Of a stretch of DNA of 64,000 bases, positions 49,378 through 59,449 are shown piece after piece. The position numbers and the translations under genes are program-made. The stretch's first letter is position 1. Every line of letters starts with the position of its first letter. The notes under the pieces were generated by a model. The model worked only from the letters and a program-made list of their open reading frames with translations. It was not told where the DNA came from and made no database searches. Source of the DNA: Ostreococcus lucimarinus (taxonomy: Eukaryota); assembly GCA_000092065.1 (NCBI GenBank), contig CP000583.1. One strand, written 5' to 3'.

Positions 49378-50325
49378 TCACTTGTCCTTGTTCATGAGCC
49401 CGCGGAAGAAACCGCTGGCTTTGCCCACGGCTTCGTTCACGGGCGACTTGGCTGCGATGGAGTTGTACAACGCCGCCTCTAAATCCGTTTGCTGAGGTCG
49501 CCGCTGCATCGCCCCGACCTGCGCGAACGCGCCCTTCTCTTTCACTAAGATTCGCCACGGCGTTCCCGCGGGCGCGCCTCCTCGCACGCACTTAAACACC
49601 GCGCCCTCGAGCGAAGACGCGAACATTGACGCTTGGATATTCAGCGGCAGGAACGAGTACACCACGACGAACGAATTCGCAAACGCCTCCACATCGCTCG
49701 GCGCCGCGTCGTCCACCCCAGCCTGTTGTCGCGACATCGACCACGCCAACCCCCCGTCGCCGTCGTGCTCCCACTCCACGTTCACGCACACCGTCGGCCT
49801 TCCCTCTCCCGCTCGACACTTGCGCATCGCCGCCTCCACCCGATCGCTCGGCACTCCGACCAACGCGATGATCCCATCCCTCGCCGCCGCGTCCGCCGCC
49901 GTCCACGCGTCATCCACGCTCACGCACTCCATCGCGCTTCCCATCTCTCGCGCCAGTTTCGCCGCGCTCGCCCTTCCGAACACCGCCGTCGCGTCTCTCG
50001 CGCCGTCGCCCAGCGTCCCCGTCGCCATCTCGATCAGCGCCGCGTCCGAGTCATCGTTCACCGGCAGCTCCACCGCCAACCGCGCCGGTTTCCCGACCGC
50101 TCGCCCGCTCGACCGTCGGCGCTTCGTCGCGCGCTTCGTCGACTTTTCGAGCGCGCGCTCGACGGCGACGCGCGCCTGGTCGTACGCCTCGGATTTCCCG
50201 CGCGGCGGCGCCGCGGCCTCGTCCGCGCCCGCGGCGCGCGCGACGACGCGACGCGCGACGCCGCGTCGTCGTCCGTCGCGCGCGGGCGCGACGCCGGGCG
50301 CGACGCGCGGCGTCGTCGCGCGCAT
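49378..50325 (-). CDS. Chloroplast-targeted protein of unknown function (possibly DUF1995-like)
   Basis: ATG at 50323-50325 followed by Arg/Ala-rich presequence. Conserved-looking 'RLAVELPV...' core. The long + ORF 49633..50685 is its antisense. Confidence 0.4.
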   Translation of the reverse strand: MRATTPRVAPGVAPARDGRRRGVARRVVARAAGADEAAAPPRGKSEAYDQARVAVERALEKSTKRATKRRRSSGRAVGKPARLAVELPVNDDSDAALIEMATGTLGDGARDATAVFGRASAAKLAREMGSAMECVSVDDAWTAADAAARDGIIALVGVPSDRVEAAMRKCRAGEGRPTVCVNVEWEHDGDGGLAWSMSRQQAGVDDAAPSDVEAFANSFVVVYSFLPLNIQASMFASSLEGAVFKCVRGGAPAGTPWRILVKEKGAFAQVGAMQRRPQQTDLEAALYNSIAAKSPVNEAVGKASGFFRGLMNKDK

Positions 50326-50853
50326 GCCTCTGACGCGCGATGCCGACGACCGCAGTCGGCGACGCGACGCGGCATGCTCACGCGCGGCGCGACCGCGGCG
50401 CGCGCGACGACGCGAGGGCCCGCGGCGCGATCGCGCGCGGCGACGGCGGCGCGACGGCCGAGGACGGCGCGCGCGAGGGCGTCCACGGATGATGATTCGA
50501 CGCGATCGTCGATGGACGACGGACGCGTGAATCGATTCGTCGAGCGCGAGAGCGGCGCGAAGAGGAGCGAGCGCGCGGTGGTTGGATTTTGGCAGACGTT
50601 CGCCGCGCGCGCGAGCGAGGCGAGACGGAAACACTTCGATGGACGCAAGACGGTGAGCTCGAAGGATGGGACAAAGGCGAAGTGAGCTTTTTTCGGCGTT
50701 CGAGCGAACGTTCGAGTGTGTATTAATTTCATGGACGCGTCATTATTGATTAGAGGACGACGCGGGATGGATGAGGTTTGAGGGCGCGACGCGCTTCGAC
50801 GGATGTTTTAATGATATTCATATTCAAATCCGGACTCGCCCGCGCTAATTCGT

Positions 50854-50931
50854 CTTGATTTTTGGGATTCCGCGGCGAACGCGCGCGCCCGGAGCGTGCT
50901 CGTTGAGTCGGTGCGTTATTCGACCGCGCTA
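50854..50931. repeat. Degenerate ~78-bp tandem copy of the 3' coding end of the CCDC124 gene, placed immediately downstream of its stop codon
   Basis: 50854-50880 'cttgatttttgggattccgcggcgaac' versus 50932-50960 'cttttgattttgaggattctgcggcgagc' (which encodes ...RSPQNPQNQK*). Similarity continues for ~50 bp. Confidence 0.5.
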
Positions 50932-51694
50932 CTTTTGATTTTGAGGATTCTGCGGCGAGCGGGCCCAGAGTTTACTCATCAAGTCGGCGTATTGCTGCTT
51001 ACGCAGGCCCGGCTTTTCAGCCTTGAGTTCGGGGAGTTTTTCCGCCTCAAACGCAGCGTACGCAGCTTTACCGCTCAACGGCGCGGGCGACGCCGATCGC
51101 TCTTCGACCGTCAGCGCATCCAGCGCGGCGTCGACGCCGCTCGCCGAGACCACGTCGATACTTCTATTTTCGTTAGCTCGCAAAACCGCGTCGTCGTATT
51201 CGTCAGACTCTTGTATTTTTTGTTCAGCCTTTTTCGCCGCAAACTTCGCCTTGAGCCTCGCCTTGGCGTCCATCTCTTTCCCTTGCGCCAAATCATACGC
51301 CGTCACCTTCTTCGCCGGCGCCTTCTTCGCCCCCGAGAACGCCGCCTCTTCCTCCGCCGCCTGCCGTCTCGCCTCGGCGCGCGCCGCCGCCTTCGCGTCC
51401 GCCGCCGCCGCGTCCATCTCGGCGCGTTGCGCCGCCTTGCTCTTCTTTCCGTCCCCGTGCGCCGCCCAGTGCGCGTCTTCTTCCGCTTTTTTCGCCGCCG
51501 CGGACCGCTCGATCGCTTTCGTCGTCTCGCGTTCGTTTTTTTGCGCGCGGCGCACGCTCGCCTGCGAGGTTGCGCGTCAGTCGAGTTTTCTTTCGGGTCG
51601 TGCGGATTCGCCTCGCCTCGTTCGCGCGCGAGGTCGGGCGAGCGAGCGAGCGAGCGAGCGATTCGCGCGAGCGCGCGCGCACCGTGGACGGCAT
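50929..51694 (-). CDS. CCDC124: CCDC124/Lso2-family ribosome-associated coiled-coil protein. Main exon at 50929..51561; possible 4-codon first exon at 51683..51694
   Basis: C-terminus 'KAAYAAFEAEKLPELKAEKPGLRKQQYADLMSKLWARSPQNPQNQK' matches the CCDC124 C-terminus. N-terminus is Lys/Ala/Glu-rich with 'EEDAHW'. The track start is GTG. A micro-exon 'MPST' with donor ACG|GTGCGC and acceptor CAG| would supply the ATG (phase 0); this is speculative. Confidence 0.65.
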
Positions 51695-51841
51695 GTCGAG
51701 TCGGCGCCGCGAGCGGCGGCGTGTGCGGCGACGGCGGGGACGCGCGCGAGCGTCGGCGACGGCGGTTCAAACGAGGGCTGAATACGTACGTTGTTTACAA
51801 ACGACGGCTAACGTCGAACAATGCGTATAAAAAGTCGCGCG

Positions 51842-52558
51842 CTACGCGGGAAGCGTTTCTAGGACGACGACGCCCGCGTCCGCGAGCTCCTTCTCGGCCG
51901 CCTCCATCGTTCCCGGCAACGCCACGCCCGCGCAACAATCCCGCACGACGTACGCGTCGTATCCCAATCGTTTCGCGTCTAACGCGGTGTACTTGACGCA
52001 AAAGTCGTACGCTAATCCGACGACGTACACGCGTTTGACGCCTTCCTTCTTGAGGTACTCATCCAGACCCGTATCGCTCCGTCGGTCGTTTTCAAAAAAC
52101 GCGCTGTACGAATCGACGTCCCGGTTGTGTCCTTTTCTCACCACCATCGCCCTCGCCGGCACCACTAAATCGTCGTGAAACGCGCATCCCCACGTCCCCT
52201 GCACGCAGTGATCGGGCCAGAGCGTCTGCGTCCCGTGCGCGAGCTCCACCTCGTCGTACGGCGCCTTCCCCGCGTGCGCGCTCGCGAAGCTCTCGTGTCC
52301 CGCCGGGTGATAATCCTGCGCGAACACCACCCTGTCGAACGCCTCGACGCACCTCGAGCACGCGCGCGCGACGCCGTCCCCCCCCCGCACCGTCAGCGCC
52401 CCGCTCGGCGCCGCGAAATCGTTCTGCACGTCGATCACGAGCAGCGCGCGGTCGCCCTGCGCGCCGAGCGCGCCCGTCGACGCGCCCGCGTCGCCGCGTC
52501 GTTCGTCCGCCGCCGTCGTCGCCAGCGCGAGCTCGCGCGCGGCGCGCACCCCGCGCAT
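51842..52558 (-). CDS. Nicotinamidase / isochorismatase-family hydrolase (PNC1-like)
   Basis: 'ALLVIDVQNDF', 'VFAQDYHPAGHESF', 'LWPDHCVQGTWG' and 'VYVVGLAYDFCV' fit nicotinamidase. First ATG at 52556-52558; the 594-aa track ORF is a 5' artefact. Confidence 0.75.
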   Translation of the reverse strand: MRGVRAARELALATTAADERRGDAGASTGALGAQGDRALLVIDVQNDFAAPSGALTVRGGDGVARACSRCVEAFDRVVFAQDYHPAGHESFASAHAGKAPYDEVELAHGTQTLWPDHCVQGTWGCAFHDDLVVPARAMVVRKGHNRDVDSYSAFFENDRRSDTGLDEYLKKEGVKRVYVVGLAYDFCVKYTALDAKRLGYDAYVVRDCCAGVALPGTMEAAEKELADAGVVVLETLPA

Positions 52559-52741
52559 CGCCGCGCGCGCCGGCGGTCGCGCGCGCCGCGGTGCGCCGCC
52601 GCGCGCGCGCTCGACGGTCGACTCGACGCGAATCGAATCGAATCGAATCGATCGCGCGACCGACGCGACGGCGATCGAGACGCGGCGATGCGACGCACAC
52701 CGCGACGCGGTGACGCGCGGCGACGCGACGCGAGCGCGACG

Positions 52742-53839
52742 ATGGCGAGCGACGCGAAGGGCTTGACGCAGCTGTCGCTGATGGGCGGGAAGATCGCGAA
52801 GGGCGACACCGCGCGGGCGACGAAGGCGTACGAGGATTACTTTAAACACGAAGACGATTCGACGCGCACGGGGAACTACGCGGACGTGGTGAACAAGTAC
52901 TACGATCTCGCGACGTCGTTTTACGAGTACGGATGGGGGGAGTCGTTTCACTTCGCGCATCGGTACCGATGGGAGACGCTGCGGGAGTCGATCGCGAGGC
53001 ACGAGCATTACTTGGCGAGCAAGCTCGGCGTGCGAGGAGGGGATAAAGTGCTGGACGTCGGGTGCGGCGTCGGTGGACCGCTGCGAGAGATCGCGGCGTT
53101 CACGGGAGCGTCGGTGACGGGGTTGAATAATAATGCGTTTCAAATCTCGCGCGGGGAGACGATGAATCGAAGAACCGGACGACACGACGACTGCGACTTC
53201 GTCAAGGCGGATTTCATGAACATTCCCAAGCCGGATAACACCTACGACGGGGTGTATCAGATCGAGGCCACGTGCCACGCGCCCGATGCGGTGGGTTGTT
53301 ACTCTGAAATATTTCGCGTGTTGAAACCGGGGGGGATTTTCGCGTCGTACGAATGGTGCCTTACGGATGAATACGACGAAAAGAACCCCGAACACCGGGC
53401 GATTCGTCAAGATATCTTGCTCGGGAACGGTTTGCCGACGGCTAGAACGACGCACGAAGTCTTGGATGCGTTGAAAAAGGCTGGGTTTGAAATCCTCGAA
53501 GAAGAAGATTTGGTGAAAACCGCGGATATTCCGTGGTACGAACCGATCGACCCGTACCGCCGTTGGTCGCCGTTTCGCGACTTTTGGTCGTTCAAGACGA
53601 CGTCGTGGGGTCGTAACATCACGCATTACTTCGTTCTCGCTCTCGAGAAGGTGGGCATCGCGCCCAAGGGTAGCGTGAACGTGAGTACGTTCTTGAAGAA
53701 GGGTGCAGACGCGCTCGTTGCTGGGGGTAAGACGGGAACCTACACGGTGATGTACCTCACCGTCGCGCGCAAGCCGGAAGTTTCAAAGAAACTCAAGAAG
53801 TCCTTTTCCCGCAAGGCGTCGAGCGCGGCGGCTCAGTAG
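52742..53839 (+). CDS. SMT1: Sterol 24-C-methyltransferase (SMT1/ERG6 family)
   Basis: 'YYDLATSFYEYGWGESFHFA', SAM-binding motif 'VLDVGCGVGGP' and 'YEWCLTDEYD'. ATG at 52742. Divergent from the nicotinamidase gene, 183 bp apart, with (CGAAT)4 in between. Confidence 0.85.
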   Translation: MASDAKGLTQLSLMGGKIAKGDTARATKAYEDYFKHEDDSTRTGNYADVVNKYYDLATSFYEYGWGESFHFAHRYRWETLRESIARHEHYLASKLGVRGGDKVLDVGCGVGGPLREIAAFTGASVTGLNNNAFQISRGETMNRRTGRHDDCDFVKADFMNIPKPDNTYDGVYQIEATCHAPDAVGCYSEIFRVLKPGGIFASYEWCLTDEYDEKNPEHRAIRQDILLGNGLPTARTTHEVLDALKKAGFEILEEEDLVKTADIPWYEPIDPYRRWSPFRDFWSFKTTSWGRNITHYFVLALEKVGIAPKGSVNVSTFLKKGADALVAGGKTGTYTVMYLTVARKPEVSKKLKKSFSRKASSAAAQ

Positions 53840-53966
53840 GCGACATGTAGATGTTATTTACAATGTTTCGTCTGTTTCATACCGCATACGGGGTACCAGT
53901 AGCCCGTTCATTATAATTATGCGTGCGTTTGTGATGTGCTTTTGCTCTTTTTTGGCGGGGCGATCC

Positions 53967-56030
53967 TTAAAGCTCGGTGCCGATGGACGCTTCAGCGTTC
54001 GCAATCGACACCTCCTTAACACTCGAAGCCCTTGCTAAAGTTTCCTTAATGGTTGCATCGCGCACCGCGTCGACTGCATCTTGCTGAGAAGCCGCGTTCG
54101 AGGCTTCTTTTTCAGCCTTCTTCTCGGCAATGGAGACTTGTTGCTCGAGCGCCTTTGCCGCCTTCGCGACTTCTTTCTCTGCCTTGGCTTCCTTTTCGGC
54201 TTGAATCTTCGCGGCTTCCTCGGCCTTGGCTTCAGCTTCTTGCTTCGCCTTGGCTTCTTCGGCAGCTTTTTTGGCTTCTTCGGCAGCCTTGCGAAGTAGT
54301 ACCTCTTGTTTTGCTTCATTTTCCTCTCGAATCGCGACTTGTCGAGCCTTCTCCGCCGCCTCGGCGGCTTCCTTTGCCTTGACTTCGGCTTCTTCCGCTT
54401 CCTTCATTTTCGCTTCAGCTTCAGCCTTGGAGACTTCGGCTTCTTTCTGGCTCGCATCTGCTTGGGAGAAATCGACCTCAGGAACCTCGATCACCTCTTC
54501 TGCTTCGGGCTCTTCAGCTGCGTCGCGGATTTGACGCGCCTTCACCGCTTTGATTGTCTTGTGCGCTTCGGTGACGATCGCACAGGCATTTTCAATCGCC
54601 ACAATGATAAATGAGTGGAAAGTGGAATCTTTCTTGATAAACAAATTATCAAAGCTCTCCTTGTGCGCGTTCAAATCTGCCACTGAGCGTTCTTTAGCGA
54701 TCGTGACGGCGTCTTGTGCGTCCTTGAGCGCGCCATTCCACGCCGCCTTATCATCGTTAAACTTGGCAAGTTTGTCGCCGATGGGCGGCATGACGAAGTT
54801 TGGCGCTTTACTTTTGTAAACGTTTTCTGCTCTTTCAAGAGCTCGTTCAGCTTTGACGATGTCAGACAACGACTTGACGTATGCAGTGGAATGAGAGGAG
54901 ACCGTGTTGCACTCCGTGTGAACGACTTGCTCGAACTCTTCGACCATGCGCTTGAATTCCTCGACGTCGATCTCACTCGTCAGAGCTTGAATCTTATCGT
55001 GAATCTCGGCCGCCGCTTTTTTCAGAGACTTGAAACCGTCGATCTTTTTGCATAATTCATCAGCGAAAATATTCATGCGATCCGGCCCGAAGATGAGTTT
55101 AATATACGGCACAAAATCTTGGAAGATGAGCGCCAAAGCCATGCCGTGACGCTTCATTTCGTCCAGTTTTGCGTTAATTTCGTTCAACTGCTCCGGAAGA
55201 CCGTTATCAACGATGGCATTTTTGGCGGCAGTGATGGCATCTGCAGCCGTGTAAGTGCGCTTCTTCAGCTTGGCATACGCAACAGAGTTGGCGCGCTCGA
55301 ACTTGGCCGCGGTGGCGATGGCCTCCTCACCCGTTCGCTCCCGCTTTTGCATGCACTTTTTCGCGAAATTTTCGAGCTCGGTAATCGTGCGCTTGAACAA
55401 CGGAACGAGAATCGATTCAACCTTGCCAGCGCACTCATTGATAGCCTTCTTCGCTTCTTGTAGCTTGATTTCCATCTCACCCTTCTTGATAGCGTTCTTT
55501 TCCTCATCCTTCGATGTCTTCAAAGCAAACCTGTAATCGTATTCGGACTTTTCGTACAGCTCGTACACGTTCCAAGCTTCTTCGATGACATCGATCGTCT
55601 CATCAATGCCTTCGATGAACGTCTCAGTCATGAAATTGACGTATTCGGCGTGCGCGGCGGAGGCGTTTTGCACTTGAAGCGCCACGTTTCGCAGTCGCTT
55701 CGAGCATTCCTCATTCGCATGGCAGTATTTACTCCAATGCATGAGCACGCTGTAATCCAACGGCAACGTCCCCGCCGACCACGCTTTCCAAAGCGCGATC
55801 TGTTCAAAAAGCATCTCTCGAATCACGCTCAGCCGCTTCGCCTTCGCCGCCGTCTCGGCGTCGAATTCGCACTTCACCAGCGCGTACTTGGTCAACTTCG
55901 CCTTCCGAGCCGCTTTCGCCGCCGCCGCGGACGACGCGCCGAGTCCATTCGACCATTGCGTTCCCGCGGCCGTCGCCAGCGTCCGCGCCTTATCCGCCGC
56001 CGCGTCCGGCAGCGAGTAACAGATTCCCAT
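53967..56030 (-). CDS. N-terminally acylatable (MGICYS) coiled-coil protein with Ala/Glu/Lys-rich C-terminal repeats. Function unknown
   Basis: True ATG at 56028-56030 encoding MG-x-C (myristoylation/palmitoylation consensus). Mostly alpha-helical. C-terminal 'EAKxKEAEE' repeats. Markedly lower GC3 than neighbours. Confidence 0.55.
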   Translation of the reverse strand: MGICYSLPDAAADKARTLATAAGTQWSNGLGASSAAAAKAARKAKLTKYALVKCEFDAETAAKAKRLSVIREMLFEQIALWKAWSAGTLPLDYSVLMHWSKYCHANEECSKRLRNVALQVQNASAAHAEYVNFMTETFIEGIDETIDVIEEAWNVYELYEKSEYDYRFALKTSKDEEKNAIKKGEMEIKLQEAKKAINECAGKVESILVPLFKRTITELENFAKKCMQKRERTGEEAIATAAKFERANSVAYAKLKKRTYTAADAITAAKNAIVDNGLPEQLNEINAKLDEMKRHGMALALIFQDFVPYIKLIFGPDRMNIFADELCKKIDGFKSLKKAAAEIHDKIQALTSEIDVEEFKRMVEEFEQVVHTECNTVSSHSTAYVKSLSDIVKAERALERAENVYKSKAPNFVMPPIGDKLAKFNDDKAAWNGALKDAQDAVTIAKERSVADLNAHKESFDNLFIKKDSTFHSFIIVAIENACAIVTEAHKTIKAVKARQIRDAAEEPEAEEVIEVPEVDFSQADASQKEAEVSKAEAEAKMKEAEEAEVKAKEAAEAAEKARQVAIREENEAKQEVLLRKAAEEAKKAAEEAKAKQEAEAKAEEAAKIQAEKEAKAEKEVAKAAKALEQQVSIAEKKAEKEASNAASQQDAVDAVRDATIKETLARASSVKEVSIANAEASIGTEL

Positions 56031-56282
56031 CCTCGCGCGCGATCGAGATCCCGATCGCGATTTCGATCCGATTCAACGCCGACCTCGATCGACGCGTTCG
56101 ACGCGTTCGCGCGCGCGTCGCGGCGAAGTTCGGTGCGTTCGGCGCGAGCTCTCTCGGCGTCGAGCGCGCGCGGGCGTCGGCGTCGGCGCGCGTCGCGATT
56201 TGACGCGCTCGCCCCGCGGGCGTCGCGTCGTGCCGCGCATCGCGGCGCGCCGCGCGCGCGCCGACGCCCGCGGCGACGCGAC

Positions 56283-57323
56283 ATGCCGGCGCGAACGTCG
56301 CTGGACGCGCGCGCGCCGCGCGGGATCCCGGCGAAGGCGCCGCGGGACGCGGACGCGGCGTTGCCGACGCGAAGATGCGTCGTGGCGACGGGAATTCCCG
56401 CGCGCGCGACGTCGGCGGTGCTCGCGAGCGCGCGGGCGGCGGCGCCGCTTCCGGCGTCGTTGGCGCACGTGAAGCGCGCGCGGGCGAGCGCGCGGACGAA
56501 GGGGACGACGGAGGTGGTGGTGAAGTTGGCGAGCGAGGGCGCGAGCGCGAGCGCGCGGGGAGACGCGGAAAGCGACGCCGCGGTGCGCGCGGACGTGCTG
56601 GAACGTCACGCGGATGTGATCGCGAGCGTCGTGTACGCAGACGTGCCCGCGGAAGGGCCGGAGGATAGGGAGACGTGGGAGAAGGCGTGCGCGATTTGGC
56701 CGGTGAGTTTGACGGCGCCGGCGGAACGCGAGACGGAGACGCCGAGCGACGAGGAGGCGGCGTATTTTAGAAAGTGGACGAAGCAGGCGTGCGAGGGGGC
56801 GAAAATGAGTGGAAATTGTGCGATTATAGTTGATCCAGCGCGTGATGTTGAGATCGCCCGGGGCGTGGATGAGTCGGCGACGCATCCGTTGCGACACGCC
56901 GTCATCGCCGCGGTCGATCTCGCGGCGAAGCGGGACGTCGCGATGTATCCGGAAAAGGAGCACGTAGAGGCTTTGATCGAGGCGAGACGGATGGAAAAGC
57001 TCGAACGCGACGCGCTCGAGATCGCGGGGGTTGGAGACGACGCAAAAAAACGGAAGCGCGAAGTACAAACGAAGGGCTCGGCGATGACAGAAATCATGGG
57101 TCGCCCGTACCTGTGCACGGGATACGACGTGTTTTTAGCGCGAGAGCCGTGCATCATGTGCGCGATGGGGCTCGTGCATTCGAGACTGAAACGCGTGGTA
57201 TTTGCCGTGTGCGATAATATCAATGGCGCGCTCAGCGGACCGAGTGGCATTCGCCGTCTACACGGCGTACGGAGCTTGAATCATCATTATAGCGTGTTTT
57301 CGTTCGATGCGGAAGAGATTTAG
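56283..57323 (+). CDS. tRNA-specific adenosine deaminase subunit TAD3/ADAT3-like (CDA fold, catalytic Glu replaced)
   Basis: 'HPLRHAVIAAVDLAA' (HAV instead of HAE) and 'PYLCTGYDVFLAREPCIMCAMGLVHSRLKRVVF'. First ATG at 56283; upstream track ORF residues are artefactual. Confidence 0.7.
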   Translation: MPARTSLDARAPRGIPAKAPRDADAALPTRRCVVATGIPARATSAVLASARAAAPLPASLAHVKRARASARTKGTTEVVVKLASEGASASARGDAESDAAVRADVLERHADVIASVVYADVPAEGPEDRETWEKACAIWPVSLTAPAERETETPSDEEAAYFRKWTKQACEGAKMSGNCAIIVDPARDVEIARGVDESATHPLRHAVIAAVDLAAKRDVAMYPEKEHVEALIEARRMEKLERDALEIAGVGDDAKKRKREVQTKGSAMTEIMGRPYLCTGYDVFLAREPCIMCAMGLVHSRLKRVVFAVCDNINGALSGPSGIRRLHGVRSLNHHYSVFSFDAEEI

Positions 57324-57381
57324 AAACCGTCGAAAAATATTAGTGTTATAGCAGTTGTATTCTAGATATAGGTCAAAACGG

Positions 57382-59345
57382 TCACAAGTCCGTGATGCAG
57401 CCTTCCGAAGCGCTGGCGACGAGCTTGCAGTACTTGTAGAGCGTACCCGACGTCGCTTCCAAAGGCGGCGCCTTCCACGCCGCTCGACGCTTTTCCCACT
57501 CGGCGTCGGTGACATCCGGCGCGTTGATGGTGCGAACTTCGGCATCAATTTCGATGATATCACCGTCCTTGATCAAACCGATGTTACCACCAACTTGCGC
57601 TTCCGGCGTAACGTGACCGATGACGAAACCGTGCGAGCCACCGGAGAATCGACCATCCGTGATGAGCGCGCAGTCGTTCCCGAGACCGGCACCCATGATG
57701 GCCGACGTCGGCGTGAGCATCTCCGGCATGCCCGGACCACCCTTCGGACCTTCGTAGCGAATGACGATGACGCTACCCTTGAAAGACTCGGAGTCTGCCG
57801 CCAAGGCCTCGAGCATTTCCTCTTCGCTATCGTAGCACTTCGCGAAGCCTTTAAAGTACAAGCCTTCCTTACCGGTGATCTTCGCCACGGAGCCTCCCTG
57901 GGCGATGTTGCCGTACAAGCATTGCAAGTGACCAGTCTTCTTGATGGGCGTGCTCACCGGGAGAATAACATCTTGCCCCGGCGTCAAATCCGGGCAGATG
58001 GCGAGGTTCTCGGCGAGGGTCTTACCGGTGACAGTCATGCAAGAACCGTCAATCATGCCTTCAGACATCAAATACTTCAACACCGCCGGAGTGCCGCCAA
58101 CCTTGTGGACGTCCTCCATGACGTACTTACCGGACGGCTTTAAGTCAGCGATGAACGGCGTCTTGTTGGAGACGGCTTGGAAGTCGTCCAGAGTCAATTT
58201 GATGCCGACAGAGTGCGCCATCGCGATCAAGTGAAGAACCGCGTTGGTGGAACCGCCGAGAGCGATGACGGTGACCATGGCGTTTTCGAACGCCGCGCGA
58301 GTCATGATGTCACGCGGCTTCAGGTCGATTTCGAGCAAATGCTTCATCGCAGCGCCAGCCATGAAACATTCATCCATCTTGAGAGGATCTTCCGCGGGAA
58401 TGGAGGAAGAATACGGAAGAGTCATGCCGAGAGCCTCGATGCAGCTGGCCATGGTGTTGGCGGTGTACATGCCGCCGCACGCGCCAGAGCCCGGGCAAGA
58501 GTTACGCACGATGTCTTTGCGCTGTTCCTCCGTGATAGCGCCGGTAACGAACTGTCCGTACGATTGGAACGCGGATACGATATCGAGTGTGCCACCATCC
58601 ACGGCGGAGTGGCCAGGGCGAATGGTACCGCCGTAAATCATCAGCGACGGGCGGTTCAATCGACCCATGGCCATGATCGTACCCGGCATGTTCTTATCGC
58701 ACCCCGGGAGAGAAATATTTCCGTCGTACCACTGTCCACCCATCACGGTCTCGATGCTATCCGCGATCAAATCCCGCGATTGCAACGAGAAGGACATGCC
58801 CGGCGTACCCATGGAAATCCCGTCCGACACCCCCACGGTGTTAAACTGAAAGCTCACCATATCCGCCGCCTTGACGCCTTCCGCCACTTTACCCGCCAGG
58901 TCCAGCAAGTGTTTGTTACAAGGGTTTCCCTGCCACCACACCGAGGACACGCCGATCTAGCGCCAACGACACGCGATTCCTTTCGTCAGTCGAGCCGTCG
59001 CCGCGCGTCTTCGCGCATTCCCTTCGCTTCGCTCGCGCGCACCTGCGGTTTGTTCATATCGGCCTCCGTCAGGCCCGTGGCGTACAGCATCGCCTGCGAC
59101 GCTCCTTGGCTCTTCGGTTGCGTGATCTTTCTCGACCACTTGTTCAAATCGCTCGCGTCGCCGTCGGGCATGATGACACCCGGTTGGTGCGCCGACGCGC
59201 GAACGGCGCGGCTTTTACGCGTCGCGGCGCGCGCGCGGGCGGGCGCGCACGCGGGAGCGATGCATTGCGCGGCGAACGGCATGTTACTGGCGAGTGAGCG
59301 CGAGTCGGCGCGAAACGCGGCGCGGAGTGGCGCCGATGGCGACAT
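57382..59345 (-). CDS. ILVD: Dihydroxy-acid dehydratase (ilvD/DHAD), organelle-targeted. Exon 1 at 59043..59345, 86-nt intron, exon 2 at 57382..58956
   Basis: Exon 1 ends '...[29 protein letters not shown]' and exon 2 begins '[20 protein letters not shown]', reproducing the plant DHAD block 'KPQIGISSVWYEGNTCN'. Donor is CAG|GTGCGC and acceptor is CTAG|, phase 0. The rest is full-length DHAD ('CDKNMPG', '[12 protein letters not shown]', '[12 protein letters not shown]'). Start at 59345 (alternative 59282). Confidence 0.85.
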
Positions 59346-59449
59346 ACAGTTTACTTTTAGTGAGGGTTTCTCGCGCGAGGGCGAGACGGAGCTGTCGGCG
59401 AAGACGCCGAGAATCAAAGAAACAAAGAATCAAAGAATCAAGAGTCAAA

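Noticed and set aside
49633-50685. 350-aa + strand ORF, and the 236/224-aa ORFs around it
   Set aside because: They are antisense to the 49378..50325 minus gene. Extreme Arg/Ala composition and no ATG-anchored conserved block, except the possible 57-codon tail noted in findings.
51842-53626. 594-aa minus ORF
   Set aside because: Only the C-terminal 239 residues (nicotinamidase) are real. The rest reads through the divergent SMT gene on the wrong strand, starting from a non-ATG codon.
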